From a virus (lineage: Duplodnaviria; Caudoviricetes): a DNA stretch of 64,000 nt. Below, piece by piece: positions 35,050 through 44,205 of the stretch; positions within the stretch are counted from its first letter, which is position 1, and each line of letters starts with the position of its first letter. The stretch is taken from positions 2,314 through 66,313 of the IMG/VR virus record IMGVR_UViG_3300025150_000011; one strand, 5' to 3'. Position numbers and translations under genes: made by a program. The notes beneath the pieces are model-generated. The model was not told the DNA's origin and did no database searches. It worked only from the letters and a program-made list of their open reading frames with translations.

Positions 35050-37749
35050 ATGAACTCGAACTTCATCGAGCGCATCGACGACGTCGACGCCTTTCTTTCG
35101 CGCCCCGGCAAGTGGCACACGACGTCCGCTCATCAGGCGTACCCGGTTCTCGTGGCGCTTGGATGGCACCCGCAGGTCCAGCTCGGTGACGAGCTGTACG
35201 TGACCGAGGGCAGCATCCTGTTCGCGGAGGTCTTGGGGGTGCAGCCGATGACCCCGAACGTGAAGAAGCTCGGCTGGGGAACGGTCGACGACTTCTACGA
35301 AAACCGTCTGCGAGACTACGACAACTGGGAGGCTGCGTTTTGGCGCGAGCTGATCCAGAACGCTCGCGACGCAAAGGCGACCAGCGTCAACATCGAATGC
35401 GTGCCCGAGGTCTTCGTTGATCCGGAAACCGGTGACGAAGTCGACGCGGTTCGATGCACCTTCGCGGACAACGGCAAGGGCATGTCCTACGACACGCTCA
35501 TGAACGCGTTCTTCCGCCGCGGCGGCTCGCAGAAGGACGTGGGCTCAGCCGGCGGCTTCGGCGACGCGAAGAACCTGATCCTCACGCCGTGGCTCGGGTA
35601 CGAGGTCGCGAGTCGCGACTCGGTCGTCCGTGGTCGGCACGAAGAGCTGTTCGCGGACATGATCCAGGAGTCGGGCGCCAAGCCGTTCGTCAACGGCACG
35701 CGCGTGACCGTGTGGATGCCGGCGACGAAGACGACGACGCCGGAGCATGCGCAGTACCTGATCGAACAGTCGTCTCTCGACATCGCCTTCACGGTGAACG
35801 GCAAACGAGCCAGGGGGACCCTGCCCAAGGGCGTCATCGTCAAGGAGATGCCCGTCACGGTGTCCGGCAACGTCGTGGGTCGCCTGACGGTGCGTCACTC
35901 GCCGAGGTCTGCGCGACACGGCGTGTATGTGCGCTCCTACGGTCTCTACACGTTCGACTTCGCTGGCTTCACGGGGAGCTTCAAGGGTGTCGTGACGATC
36001 GACATCGACGCTCCTCCGATCAACGTCTTTACGACGAAGCGAGATGGGCTCTCGTACAGCAGCAGCGCGAAGGCGGATGTCACAGACATCATCCAGAGCC
36101 TTACCCAGGACCCGAAGACGACGCTGAAGAAGACGCGCGACAAGCAGTTGCTCTTCTTCGAGGGGAGCGGAGCGATCTCCGTGCGCGAGGGGCAGGTTGC
36201 TCAGATCGCAGCGGAGGCTCTCTCGAAGATGGACATCGGCGCCGCGACGAAGAAGAACGCGGACGGTACGGTCTCGGTGGAGCTTTCGCGGATCTCATCC
36301 GTGATCGAGATCATGACCGAGGCGTTCGACAAGGCCGGGTCGGGAGACAGCGACGAGGGGCCATCTCTTCCGCCGCTGTCGAGCACGTTCATGGAGGCCG
36401 TCGCGTCGGCAGACTTCGTCGACCTGGAACAAGTCGCAAACGCGATGAAGCTCGCGCTCTGGAAACCAGACTTCATCCTCAGTCAGAACCTCAGTCCCTT
36501 CAAGCTCCCCGCTGCTCTTCACCCCAGCTCGATGTCCAAGGGCAATCATGAGCTGCTGCGCGTTTGGACGGAGGTGTGCCGGTTCTTGATGGTTCAGTAC
36601 GGCATGAATCGATCGTTCGGCGTCGGGTTTGTTCTCGACACGGAATACGACAGCAGGTCCTATGAGGAGAGTATTGTTGCCGCGCAGTACGCGAAGCTCA
36701 AGGACAAGGACTGGCTGCTGATCAATCCGATCCACATCAGGAGGCTCGGCTACGGTGATGACGTGCGTTTCGAGCCAACCGGGCCTCGCTATGACCTGAA
36801 CAACCCCAAGGACATCGAGACGATCATCTCGATGGCTGTGCACGAGATCACGCACATGCAGGGGTTCATGGCGCACAACGAGGCGTATTCGACGCAGCTG
36901 ACGCACAACATCGGCGCGGCACTGAGATTGGCCCCGGTGGTCAAGAAGATCGTGAAGGCAGCCAAGGCCGCCGTGAAGGAAGAGCGAGCTGCGGCGCGAG
37001 CGGCCAAGAAGGGATCCCGTACGAGCCGGAAGCCGCAGCGCGTGGCCCAAGAGGAGATGTCGTTCGACGAGGCCGTTTTCATCCTCAAGGAGTGCGTCTA
37101 CAGCAACGAGATTTTCGTGGCTCCGATGTACGATCAGAACCTGTTCGTGCCATCCAGTTACTATGGCGCACAGGCATTCCAAGAGGGCATCACCTCATCG
37201 TCTCGAAGCCACTGGCGCCAGTTTTCAACTGACGCCGCCGGTTACGTTCAGATGGACATGCCAGACGGAACGCCGGTCGACATCTTCCGCACGACCGACC
37301 GATTCAGGCATGCCATGGGGTATGCTCTCGCGGTGGTGTGGACCGGACCCGTTGCGGCGGCGAACCTGTCTGCTCTGCGGAAGATTGCCTCGGCGATTCG
37401 CAAGGTGGTCGTTGAGAGTGGGATGACCTCTGCCAGTGTGCCTGCCGAGATAAACGAGCGGTTCCGAATCTGGAACGCCGTCGAAGGGTGGGAGTCGATC
37501 CCGAAAAACTTGAAGGTTGGTTGGGACGGATCCTACGCGTACGACAGGCTCGATCACATCGCGATCCGCAGCGTTCCCGTGCCGGAGGGGTTTACCTACG
37601 AGGTGCGGTCCTTCGACGGTGAGTTTCTTCGGTACCGCGGCGCCTTCTCCGACTGGCCGGAGATGGCTGACTCCGCGGCGTATCAGTTCGCTGTTCGCAC
37701 GTTCCTCTACGAGGTTGCCGAACACCCCATGGTCACGGTGAAGTCATGA
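35050..37749 (+). CDS. GHKL (HSP90/MORC-like) ATPase fused to an HExxH zincin domain
   Basis: RELIQNARDA, DNGKGM and GGFG motifs; AVHEITH...AHNE. Confidence 0.8.
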   Translation: MNSNFIERIDDVDAFLSRPGKWHTTSAHQAYPVLVALGWHPQVQLGDELYVTEGSILFAEVLGVQPMTPNVKKLGWGTVDDFYENRLRDYDNWEAAFWRELIQNARDAKATSVNIECVPEVFVDPETGDEVDAVRCTFADNGKGMSYDTLMNAFFRRGGSQKDVGSAGGFGDAKNLILTPWLGYEVASRDSVVRGRHEELFADMIQESGAKPFVNGTRVTVWMPATKTTTPEHAQYLIEQSSLDIAFTVNGKRARGTLPKGVIVKEMPVTVSGNVVGRLTVRHSPRSARHGVYVRSYGLYTFDFAGFTGSFKGVVTIDIDAPPINVFTTKRDGLSYSSSAKADVTDIIQSLTQDPKTTLKKTRDKQLLFFEGSGAISVREGQVAQIAAEALSKMDIGAATKKNADGTVSVELSRISSVIEIMTEAFDKAGSGDSDEGPSLPPLSSTFMEAVASADFVDLEQVANAMKLALWKPDFILSQNLSPFKLPAALHPSSMSKGNHELLRVWTEVCRFLMVQYGMNRSFGVGFVLDTEYDSRSYEESIVAAQYAKLKDKDWLLINPIHIRRLGYGDDVRFEPTGPRYDLNNPKDIETIISMAVHEITHMQGFMAHNEAYSTQLTHNIGAALRLAPVVKKIVKAAKAAVKEERAAARAAKKGSRTSRKPQRVAQEEMSFDEAVFILKECVYSNEIFVAPMYDQNLFVPSSYYGAQAFQEGITSSSRSHWRQFSTDAAGYVQMDMPDGTPVDIFRTTDRFRHAMGYALAVVWTGPVAAANLSALRKIASAIRKVVVESGMTSASVPAEINERFRIWNAVEGWESIPKNLKVGWDGSYAYDRLDHIAIRSVPVPEGFTYEVRSFDGEFLRYRGAFSDWPEMADSAAYQFAVRTFLYEVAEHPMVTVKS

Positions 37750-38306
37750 AGCGCGAAGCTCGTTCTTGGATCCTTTTCGTCACGTCGCTTCCCGGTGTGG
37801 TCGTCGGGTACGCGTGGCTGCTCCTGCTCTGCCTCCTGTTCGTGGCGGAGTGGCGGAGCCTGATGTTCCAGGGGGCGGGTGTCCTGGTCGCACGAACGAG
37901 GCCGAAGGCGGCTCGGTTCTGGGGCTTCTCGACAACGGTCGGCCGAGCGATCCTCTACCATCCGAACATCTACGATGGGACGAGGGAGCTGGAGAACCGG
38001 GTGGAGCGTCACGAGTTTGTGCACATCCGTCAGTTCGAGGATGACCTGCTGCGTTCCCTGCTCACGGCGCTCGTGATCTGGTTCGCGACCGGGAGCGCGT
38101 GGTCGCTGCTGCTGTGGCCTGCGGGACTCCTCGCAATGGTCCCGAACTTCATCACCGCCGTTCTTCGGTTCGGATGGAAAGGGATCTACCGCGACACGGA
38201 GCACGAGCGCAGCGCCTACGCGCAGACGGACATCGTGTACGTCGCCGGCAAGGGCTGGGATGAGCTGAGGGAGGAAGAGCGAGCCAGACAGGAAGGCTTG
38301 CTCTGA
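37746..38306 (+). CDS. Membrane protein with an HExxH metalloprotease motif
   Basis: TM segments; RHEFVHIRQ...EHERSAY. Confidence 0.7.
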   Translation: MKREARSWILFVTSLPGVVVGYAWLLLLCLLFVAEWRSLMFQGAGVLVARTRPKAARFWGFSTTVGRAILYHPNIYDGTRELENRVERHEFVHIRQFEDDLLRSLLTALVIWFATGSAWSLLLWPAGLLAMVPNFITAVLRFGWKGIYRDTEHERSAYAQTDIVYVAGKGWDELREEERARQEGLL

Positions 38307-40177
38307 TGCTGACTCAGAACCCGCCGGACAAGCGTCTCGCGTTCATCGTCAAGACGTACCTCCCGAAGCAGCCGTGGGTCGTGTGGGACACGCTCAGTGT
38401 GATCTTCAACACGATCGGCATCGACCAGCCTGCGAAGCTCATAGCCGACGCTGCGCTTGATGGTGTTGCGACGCCGGCAGGAATGACCACGAAGCAGTTC
38501 GCCTTCGAATCGGGGGACATGTTCCGTGCGGGCACGATGCTTTCCGGATTGCCCGATCCATCGTGGGATCACCGCCCTGTGCCGCAGGTCGAACCAACGT
38601 GGCAATACCCCACGAAGCAGGATGCCGACCGATGGCGAACCCATCGGTACAGTAGCCTGATCTTTGACTCTCCGATGTACTGGAAGGAGCCAAACGACGG
38701 AATGTGGAAGAGGCTCGTTGATGTCATCCCGCTGGTGACGTCGAAGAGTTTCGCGGACGGCTTGATGAACGAGCCGCACAATGCGGACGGCGTTTTCCCT
38801 TGGATCGCACGAGAGCTGAGCAAGCTGTCCAAGTACGTCATCGCCGCAACGGACAAGGCAAGCAGTGAGTTCTCGTCCTTCGATGAGTATGAACTCTACA
38901 CCGAGACCCTGGACGCGCTTCGTCGACGAACCAACGCGATCGCAGCGTGGGCGAAGAAGAACCGCATCGATCTGAACAAGCTCACGCTCGCCGAGGTGTT
39001 GGAGGACTCCAAGCACTTCAAGGTCAAGGCCGCAGTGCCGCAGGGCGTCGTGAAGATGCGGTTCCCCTCTGGGTGGACGATCCAGGAGCTACGAGGCCGA
39101 GGCCGACTCGACCCTGAAGGTGCGAAGCTACAGCACTGCGTCGGAAGCTACTGTTCACGCGTCGAGCGCGGAGAGGCCGAAATCTACTCCCTGCGAGATC
39201 CGGATGGCGTGCCCTACGTGACGATGGAGGTGCACCCGCCGACCGGCCACTTCATGCAGGTATTCGGATCAGAAAACTCCGACGTCGGGTCCGACGGCTT
39301 CAACGCATACGTCTTCGAGGAGGGACAGGCGAACAACCCGCCGCTGAAGAAAGACGAAGTGCCAGAGGTTGTCGAGGCCATCAAACGGATGCTCGAAGAG
39401 TTCATCGACGAGCGAAGCGGCGGCCATCTACCGAGCCTATCGTTGGCCAATGTCAATCTGACAAGCCGCATCCAGGAAGCCATCCGAGCCACACGAGAAT
39501 CGCTCCGAGTCGACCGATCGATCGACCTGTCAGGAATGAAGCTACCTGACATCGACCTATCCGGCTTCGACCTGCGCGAGACCGAGTTGACGCAGACGGT
39601 GCTCCGTGGCGCGCAACTGAACGGCGCCAACCTGGAAAGGGCCGAAGCCCCGTCTGCCGTATTCGCAGGAGCGAATCTGGAACACGCCAACATGCAGGAG
39701 ATGCAAGCGACCAACGCGGTGTTCGGAGGCGCGAACCTCAGCGACGCAAAGATGGTGGCAATCAAGGCGGGGGATGCAAGTTTTGTGGGGGCGAAACTGC
39801 TCTCTGCGGATCTTCGATTCGCGTACCTTGTGAAAGCCAACTTTTCAGGCGCAGACCTTGGTGGCGCGAACCTCAGCAACGCCACGCTCAAGCATGCGGA
39901 CCTTGTGAATGCGGATCTTTCCGGTGCGAATCTTTCGGGAGTTCGTGACCTTGAACAGGCGGACACAAGACGTGCCACCTACAACGGTGCGACGCGGTTT
40001 CCGGAGGGGTTCGAGCCGAAGAAGAGGGGAATGATTCGAGACGATTCTCCGACCACATGGGAAGGTCGGGAACGTGCGCGGGCGGAGGGCGCGCTCGGAT
40101 TCGATGATGGTCCTTTCTGGGATGACGGCGAACACGAGGAGCACGAGGACGATGAGGAGGAGGACGATGACTGGTGA
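38306..40177 (+). CDS. PcfJ-like domain plus pentapeptide-repeat protein
   Basis: EG..LQHCVGSY.......IYSLR....TME; about 25 A(N/D)L.. pentapeptide repeats; acidic tail. Confidence 0.8.
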   Translation: MLTQNPPDKRLAFIVKTYLPKQPWVVWDTLSVIFNTIGIDQPAKLIADAALDGVATPAGMTTKQFAFESGDMFRAGTMLSGLPDPSWDHRPVPQVEPTWQYPTKQDADRWRTHRYSSLIFDSPMYWKEPNDGMWKRLVDVIPLVTSKSFADGLMNEPHNADGVFPWIARELSKLSKYVIAATDKASSEFSSFDEYELYTETLDALRRRTNAIAAWAKKNRIDLNKLTLAEVLEDSKHFKVKAAVPQGVVKMRFPSGWTIQELRGRGRLDPEGAKLQHCVGSYCSRVERGEAEIYSLRDPDGVPYVTMEVHPPTGHFMQVFGSENSDVGSDGFNAYVFEEGQANNPPLKKDEVPEVVEAIKRMLEEFIDERSGGHLPSLSLANVNLTSRIQEAIRATRESLRVDRSIDLSGMKLPDIDLSGFDLRETELTQTVLRGAQLNGANLERAEAPSAVFAGANLEHANMQEMQATNAVFGGANLSDAKMVAIKAGDASFVGAKLLSADLRFAYLVKANFSGADLGGANLSNATLKHADLVNADLSGANLSGVRDLEQADTRRATYNGATRFPEGFEPKKRGMIRDDSPTTWEGRERARAEGALGFDDGPFWDDGEHEEHEDDEEEDDDW

Positions 40178-40739
40178 TCGCCTCGTCCTCTACACGGGTG
40201 CACAGGTCTGGGAAGGCCCGCCTCGGATTCGCCCCTCTCGAAAGGGGCGCTACGAGCACGGCCCAGGTCTCTACTTCACGACCAGCCTGAGCACGGCGCG
40301 GAAGTATGCGAAAGGCCGCGGTGTCGTGTTGCGCGTGGAGATCGACCCTCGGTTCACGTGGCTTGAAGATGCGCTCCTTCCAACGGACGGCGTGATCGAG
40401 TGGTTGGAGACGTACCCGCGCCTGCGTCGTCGCAGGGAGATGATCGAAGACGTTCTTCGCTCGACGAAGCGAACCGAGTCGAGAACCGGACCCGGCCTGA
40501 CCCGAGCGAGTGTTTTGGTGAACCTCGCGGTGAACAACGAAGTGCTGTCTGGGGAGACGGGGCCAGCCCTTGCTGAGTTTCTCGCGAGCCATGGGATCGG
40601 CGCGTCTCTCGTGACGAACCCAACCGGTCGTGGCCGTGAGGAGGACTGGGTCGTTCTGTTCGATCCGAGCAAGGTCATCTCGTGGGAACGTGTTGGTCCC
40701 GACGAGGACGAGTGGGATCTACCGTCCGTGCTCAGATGA
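40167..40739 (+). CDS. ADP-ribosyltransferase-like (ART-PolyVal-like) protein
   Basis: LYTG..GPGLYFTTS...A..YA..V..V.I..WVVLFDP; same pattern as the ART domains of 22896..24251. Confidence 0.7.
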   Translation: MTGDRLVLYTGAQVWEGPPRIRPSRKGRYEHGPGLYFTTSLSTARKYAKGRGVVLRVEIDPRFTWLEDALLPTDGVIEWLETYPRLRRRREMIEDVLRSTKRTESRTGPGLTRASVLVNLAVNNEVLSGETGPALAEFLASHGIGASLVTNPTGRGREEDWVVLFDPSKVISWERVGPDEDEWDLPSVLR

Positions 40740-40785
40740 CCTTGCGTCCCGTCTGACAGCGTGCGAGAGTGCGTCGAACGTTGTC

Positions 40786-41028
40786 ATGACCTATCAAGAA
40801 CAGAGAGCTTTTCGCCTGAGGGTGGGAGCGGCCCTTCGTGCACGGCGTGAGGCGCGGGGAGAGACGGCAACCATGGTCGCGAAGCGCATCGGGATCGCAC
40901 GGCCGAACTACACGCGCATGGAACGTGGCGTTTGCATGGCTCGCATCGAGACCGTGGTGCGCGCAGCTCGCGCGCTGGGGTGTCGGCCGCTCGACGTCTT
41001 GGCGGAAGCGCTGGAAGGGATCGAGTGA
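40786..41028 (+). CDS. XRE/Cro-like HTH regulator
   Basis: G..LR..RE.RG.T...VA..IGI.R......ERG; near-match operator CGTCTGACA at 40750-40758. Confidence 0.85.
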   Translation: MTYQEQRAFRLRVGAALRARREARGETATMVAKRIGIARPNYTRMERGVCMARIETVVRAARALGCRPLDVLAEALEGIE

Positions 41029-41417
41029 TGAACAAGCGAGCGTATGTCGTTCTTCAGTTGGAGAGCGTACGTTTTGTGACGGGGTCTGGCGAAGAGCAGA
41101 AGGCGGTCGTCACCGACGCCGGTGTATACAGCGAGTCGCACCCGACCACGATTGGGCCTGCGGTGCAGGTGGTGATGGCTGAGGCGGAGGGGCGTGACTT
41201 CGAGCACGCGGCGCGCATGGTCGCGATGGTCGCGGTGTCTCGCTCGTGGCCATCTCCGGCTCTGGAGCAGCTCTTCAGCAAGCGCCGGTGGCTTCGCGAG
41301 GCGCTGGTGGTCTTGCAGGCATGCCGCTGTGCAGATGGGCTGCGGGGCGCCGCGCTACGAGAGGCGTTCATCGAACGGGGGAAGGTGCCTCATTTTGCGA
41401 AAGGGGTGACGAGATGA
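41028..41417 (+). CDS. Hypothetical protein
   Basis: TGATG coupling. Confidence 0.5.
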   Translation: MNKRAYVVLQLESVRFVTGSGEEQKAVVTDAGVYSESHPTTIGPAVQVVMAEAEGRDFEHAARMVAMVAVSRSWPSPALEQLFSKRRWLREALVVLQACRCADGLRGAALREAFIERGKVPHFAKGVTR

Positions 41418-41746
41418 CGAGCAAGGATGTTTCGGGTGATCCGCTCTGGACCAGGGTGAAAGTGGAGCGCGTGGAGGAGGAGATGCACATCTCTGGCGTC
41501 GCGCCGATCACTCAGGCGTACGAGGTCATGCGCGCCTACGAGCGCGAACACGAGGTCTGCGCAAGTATGACGGTTTCCACCCCCGTCGCATCGCACTCGG
41601 CCGATTCCTGCCACTTTCGGATCGTTCTTTCTGCCGAGGAGGGGCTTGGCCTGGACGAGACCGAGGAGCGCTATCTCAGCTTCTTTCAGGGTTGGATGTC
41701 CGCGAAGGGATGGAGTTGGCGTCTCGAAGGGCCAGTGACGAAGTGA
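41414..41746 (+). CDS. Hypothetical protein
   Basis: ATGA overlap. Confidence 0.5.
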   Translation: MTSKDVSGDPLWTRVKVERVEEEMHISGVAPITQAYEVMRAYEREHEVCASMTVSTPVASHSADSCHFRIVLSAEEGLGLDETEERYLSFFQGWMSAKGWSWRLEGPVTK

Positions 41747-42015
41747 CGGACCAGAAGGACGCGTTGGCCGAGTACCGCCGAAAGGTGGCTGCCGGCGAGA
41801 TCGAGGCTCCTCAGCGGAGTGCGAACCCCCTGGAGCGTGCCCAGAAGAAACCGACATCGCTGAAGATGGCGATCGCCGCTCGTTGTTGGCAGTGCCAGGG
41901 CGAGGGCGCTGATGTTGGTTGGCGAGAGGCGATCAAGCATTGCTCTGCCCCCTCGTGCGCGCTCCACCCGCATCGCCCCTACCAGGTGAAGGACGGGGGC
42001 GGAGATGAGGACTGA
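41743..42015 (+). CDS. Small phage Zn-binding protein
   Basis: AI.ARCWQC...I..C....CAL.P.RPY motif. Confidence 0.6.
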   Translation: MTDQKDALAEYRRKVAAGEIEAPQRSANPLERAQKKPTSLKMAIAARCWQCQGEGADVGWREAIKHCSAPSCALHPHRPYQVKDGGGDED

Positions 42016-42271
42016 GCTTCCCATCGCGATGCGCGGGCTGACGGGCACTTTGAAGACCATCCGTCTGAGGAAGCGAGAAAGGCGCGCGTTCAACCGTTGG
42101 CGCCGGTCGGTTCCCGGCATCACGTGCCGGTGGCCACGCTGCGCGGCGCAGGGTCGCATGTTCTCTACGCAGGAGAGACGATCGCCAAGCTGGCGCAGGA
42201 AGCACGAGCGACCTTTCCCAGGAGGAAAACGGTGCATGCCGTGCATGACGATTGAAAGGTGGCACGACTAA
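42005..42271 (+). CDS. Basic hypothetical protein
   Basis: GGAG RBS; coupled to neighbours. Confidence 0.4.
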   Translation: MRTELPIAMRGLTGTLKTIRLRKRERRAFNRWRRSVPGITCRWPRCAAQGRMFSTQERRSPSWRRKHERPFPGGKRCMPCMTIERWHD

Positions 42272-42477
42272 TGTCGTACACTGGGGACATGCGATCAATC
42301 TGGTGGCTCACCCTCTTCACGACTGGACTCGGAGTCGTTGCAACGGGCATCTTCGTCCACACGATGCGTCCGTACGTCCGACTGCTCGTTGCAGGGCTCG
42401 GACTGGGAGTGATCGTTCTTGCGGTGCTCGGAGCAGCGGCGGTCGCCAACGCATCCGATGGGAACGACGACCTGTGA
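42271..42477 (+). CDS. Small two-TM membrane protein
   Basis: Two hydrophobic helices. Confidence 0.55.
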   Translation: MSYTGDMRSIWWLTLFTTGLGVVATGIFVHTMRPYVRLLVAGLGLGVIVLAVLGAAAVANASDGNDDL

Positions 42478-42899
42478 CACGCAACCTGTTGGTATGGTTC
42501 ATCGCGCTGCAGGTGGGGCCGCCGCTCGTCGCAGCGGCGGCGTACGGGCCAGACATGCTCCGTACGGTCTTCATCGCCGTCACATGGGTGGTCGGTGTCG
42601 GCACCGTGTTCGGGGTGGCGCATGCCGAACTGATTCGACGGGCGTCGACCAGCGCAAAACTGGCTCTGCCGCAGAGCGAACCGCTTGTCCCGCAGGGTCC
42701 GGTGGACGAAGGCATTTTGGAGTATGAGCGCGACCTCGCGCGCCGGGGGTTTGCTGAGGTCGACGAGCTGGATTCACGGGTGGCCGACGCGCTTGAGCGT
42801 GGGGACATCGAAACCATTCATGCGATCGCCTGCGCCTGTCTGGCAGAGAAGCGTGAGGCCGTTGCAGATCGATTGATGATCTGGGACACCAGTGACTGA
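42474..42899 (+). CDS. Membrane protein (two N-terminal TMs)
   Basis: GTGA overlap; hydrophobic helices. Confidence 0.55.
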   Translation: MTRNLLVWFIALQVGPPLVAAAAYGPDMLRTVFIAVTWVVGVGTVFGVAHAELIRRASTSAKLALPQSEPLVPQGPVDEGILEYERDLARRGFAEVDELDSRVADALERGDIETIHAIACACLAEKREAVADRLMIWDTSD

Positions 42900-43101
42900 A
42901 GACGAGGCAGACGAACGCGCCTGGGCACGAAGAGTAATGCTTCGAGAAGCCGCTCAGGTGAAGGCTTCCGGGGAGATGTCGGGCGACACTTGGCTCGCAG
43001 AAGTGCTGATCGACCCGGATGCGCTTGAGTCGTACCAGCAAGATGCTCTTGCGCTGCAGCGCGAGGTACGCGCGATCGTGGCGATCGTATGGGGTGAGTA
43101 G
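42892..43101 (+). CDS. Small hypothetical protein
   Basis: Coupled start; TAG stop. Confidence 0.5.
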   Translation: MTEDEADERAWARRVMLREAAQVKASGEMSGDTWLAEVLIDPDALESYQQDALALQREVRAIVAIVWGE

Positions 43102-43134
43102 AACGCCACGGCGCAAACGGGTACCTTTGCTCCG

Positions 43135-44205
43135 ATGCCCCCCAACAGCTACGCAACCGACCTCTCGACGCAGCTCATGGAGGTTTCGTGTGCGATCTGC
43201 GGACGCCCGCTTCGCGTTCCCCTGAGCGTCGAGCGAGGCATTGGCCCGGAGTGCGATGCGAAGGTCTACGGAGGCGGAGCCGGGATCGACGCCATGCATC
43301 GCGTCGACAAGCTGTTCGACGAGAAGCTGGCCGAGGAGACAATCGAGTCCGCTCCCAACATTCCCCCGGAGGAATGGGGAGACCCCGTGAAGATCGCCCG
43401 AGAGGGCGAGACACTTCCAACCGGCGAGGTCGCCAAGGGCGGCGAGGTGCTGGAGTGGAAGCCGATCCGCGTGCCGGGCCTCAAGGACTACCTTCGCAGC
43501 AAGGACCCTCGTGAGGAGTGGCGGACGGACGTTCAGGCCAGGCTCAACCTGATCTCGAAGGCGCTCTGGTACGCGAGCCGCGCCGTCACTTTCGGGTTCG
43601 GGCAACAGGTCGTTGTCGCACAGAAAGTCGACCCAACGCACGAGGTCGTGGCGACGTGCCAGCGGCTCGCACGTGCCTTCGGATTGGAGTCCTGCGCCTA
43701 CTCGATGACGCACTTCTACAGCGCCAGGATGCTGACGCTCGTGAAGGCCCGCCTGGAGGATGACCTCGCGCGAGAGAGCGAGATTCAGAAGGCTCGCGCC
43801 GAGGCGATCATCTTCGAGCGCGTGCCAGCGACCTACTGGCCGTCGGGTGCACGACAAGAGGTTGGCCCAGGCGTCATGCGCGTCCATGCGCCGTACAACA
43901 CGACGTACAACGAGAAGGCACGATCTCTACGCGGCGTGTTCTTCACGTTCGAGAAGGAGGCGCCCTACTTCTGGCGGTACTTCCGAACGAAGGACATGAC
44001 GGCGGTCGTGAACCTGCTCTCTGCGGCCTACGGCGACCGAAAGTGCATCAGCCGCGACATGGTGACCGCGTCTCAGCGGAAGACCGAGATGACGCAGCGC
44101 GTGCGCGTGTTGATCGCAGACGTGGAGACCGGCGAGGTGCGATACTTCTCGCCTGACGTGGCCGCGAAGTTCAAGGGATCGAAGCGCTTCAGGAGGGTCG
44201 AGTAA
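43135..44205 (+). CDS. Protein with N-terminal Zn finger (DUF6011-like)
   Basis: CAICGRPL..P.S..RGIGPEC motif. Confidence 0.7.
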   Translation: MPPNSYATDLSTQLMEVSCAICGRPLRVPLSVERGIGPECDAKVYGGGAGIDAMHRVDKLFDEKLAEETIESAPNIPPEEWGDPVKIAREGETLPTGEVAKGGEVLEWKPIRVPGLKDYLRSKDPREEWRTDVQARLNLISKALWYASRAVTFGFGQQVVVAQKVDPTHEVVATCQRLARAFGLESCAYSMTHFYSARMLTLVKARLEDDLARESEIQKARAEAIIFERVPATYWPSGARQEVGPGVMRVHAPYNTTYNEKARSLRGVFFTFEKEAPYFWRYFRTKDMTAVVNLLSAAYGDRKCISRDMVTASQRKTEMTQRVRVLIADVETGEVRYFSPDVAAKFKGSKRFRRVE

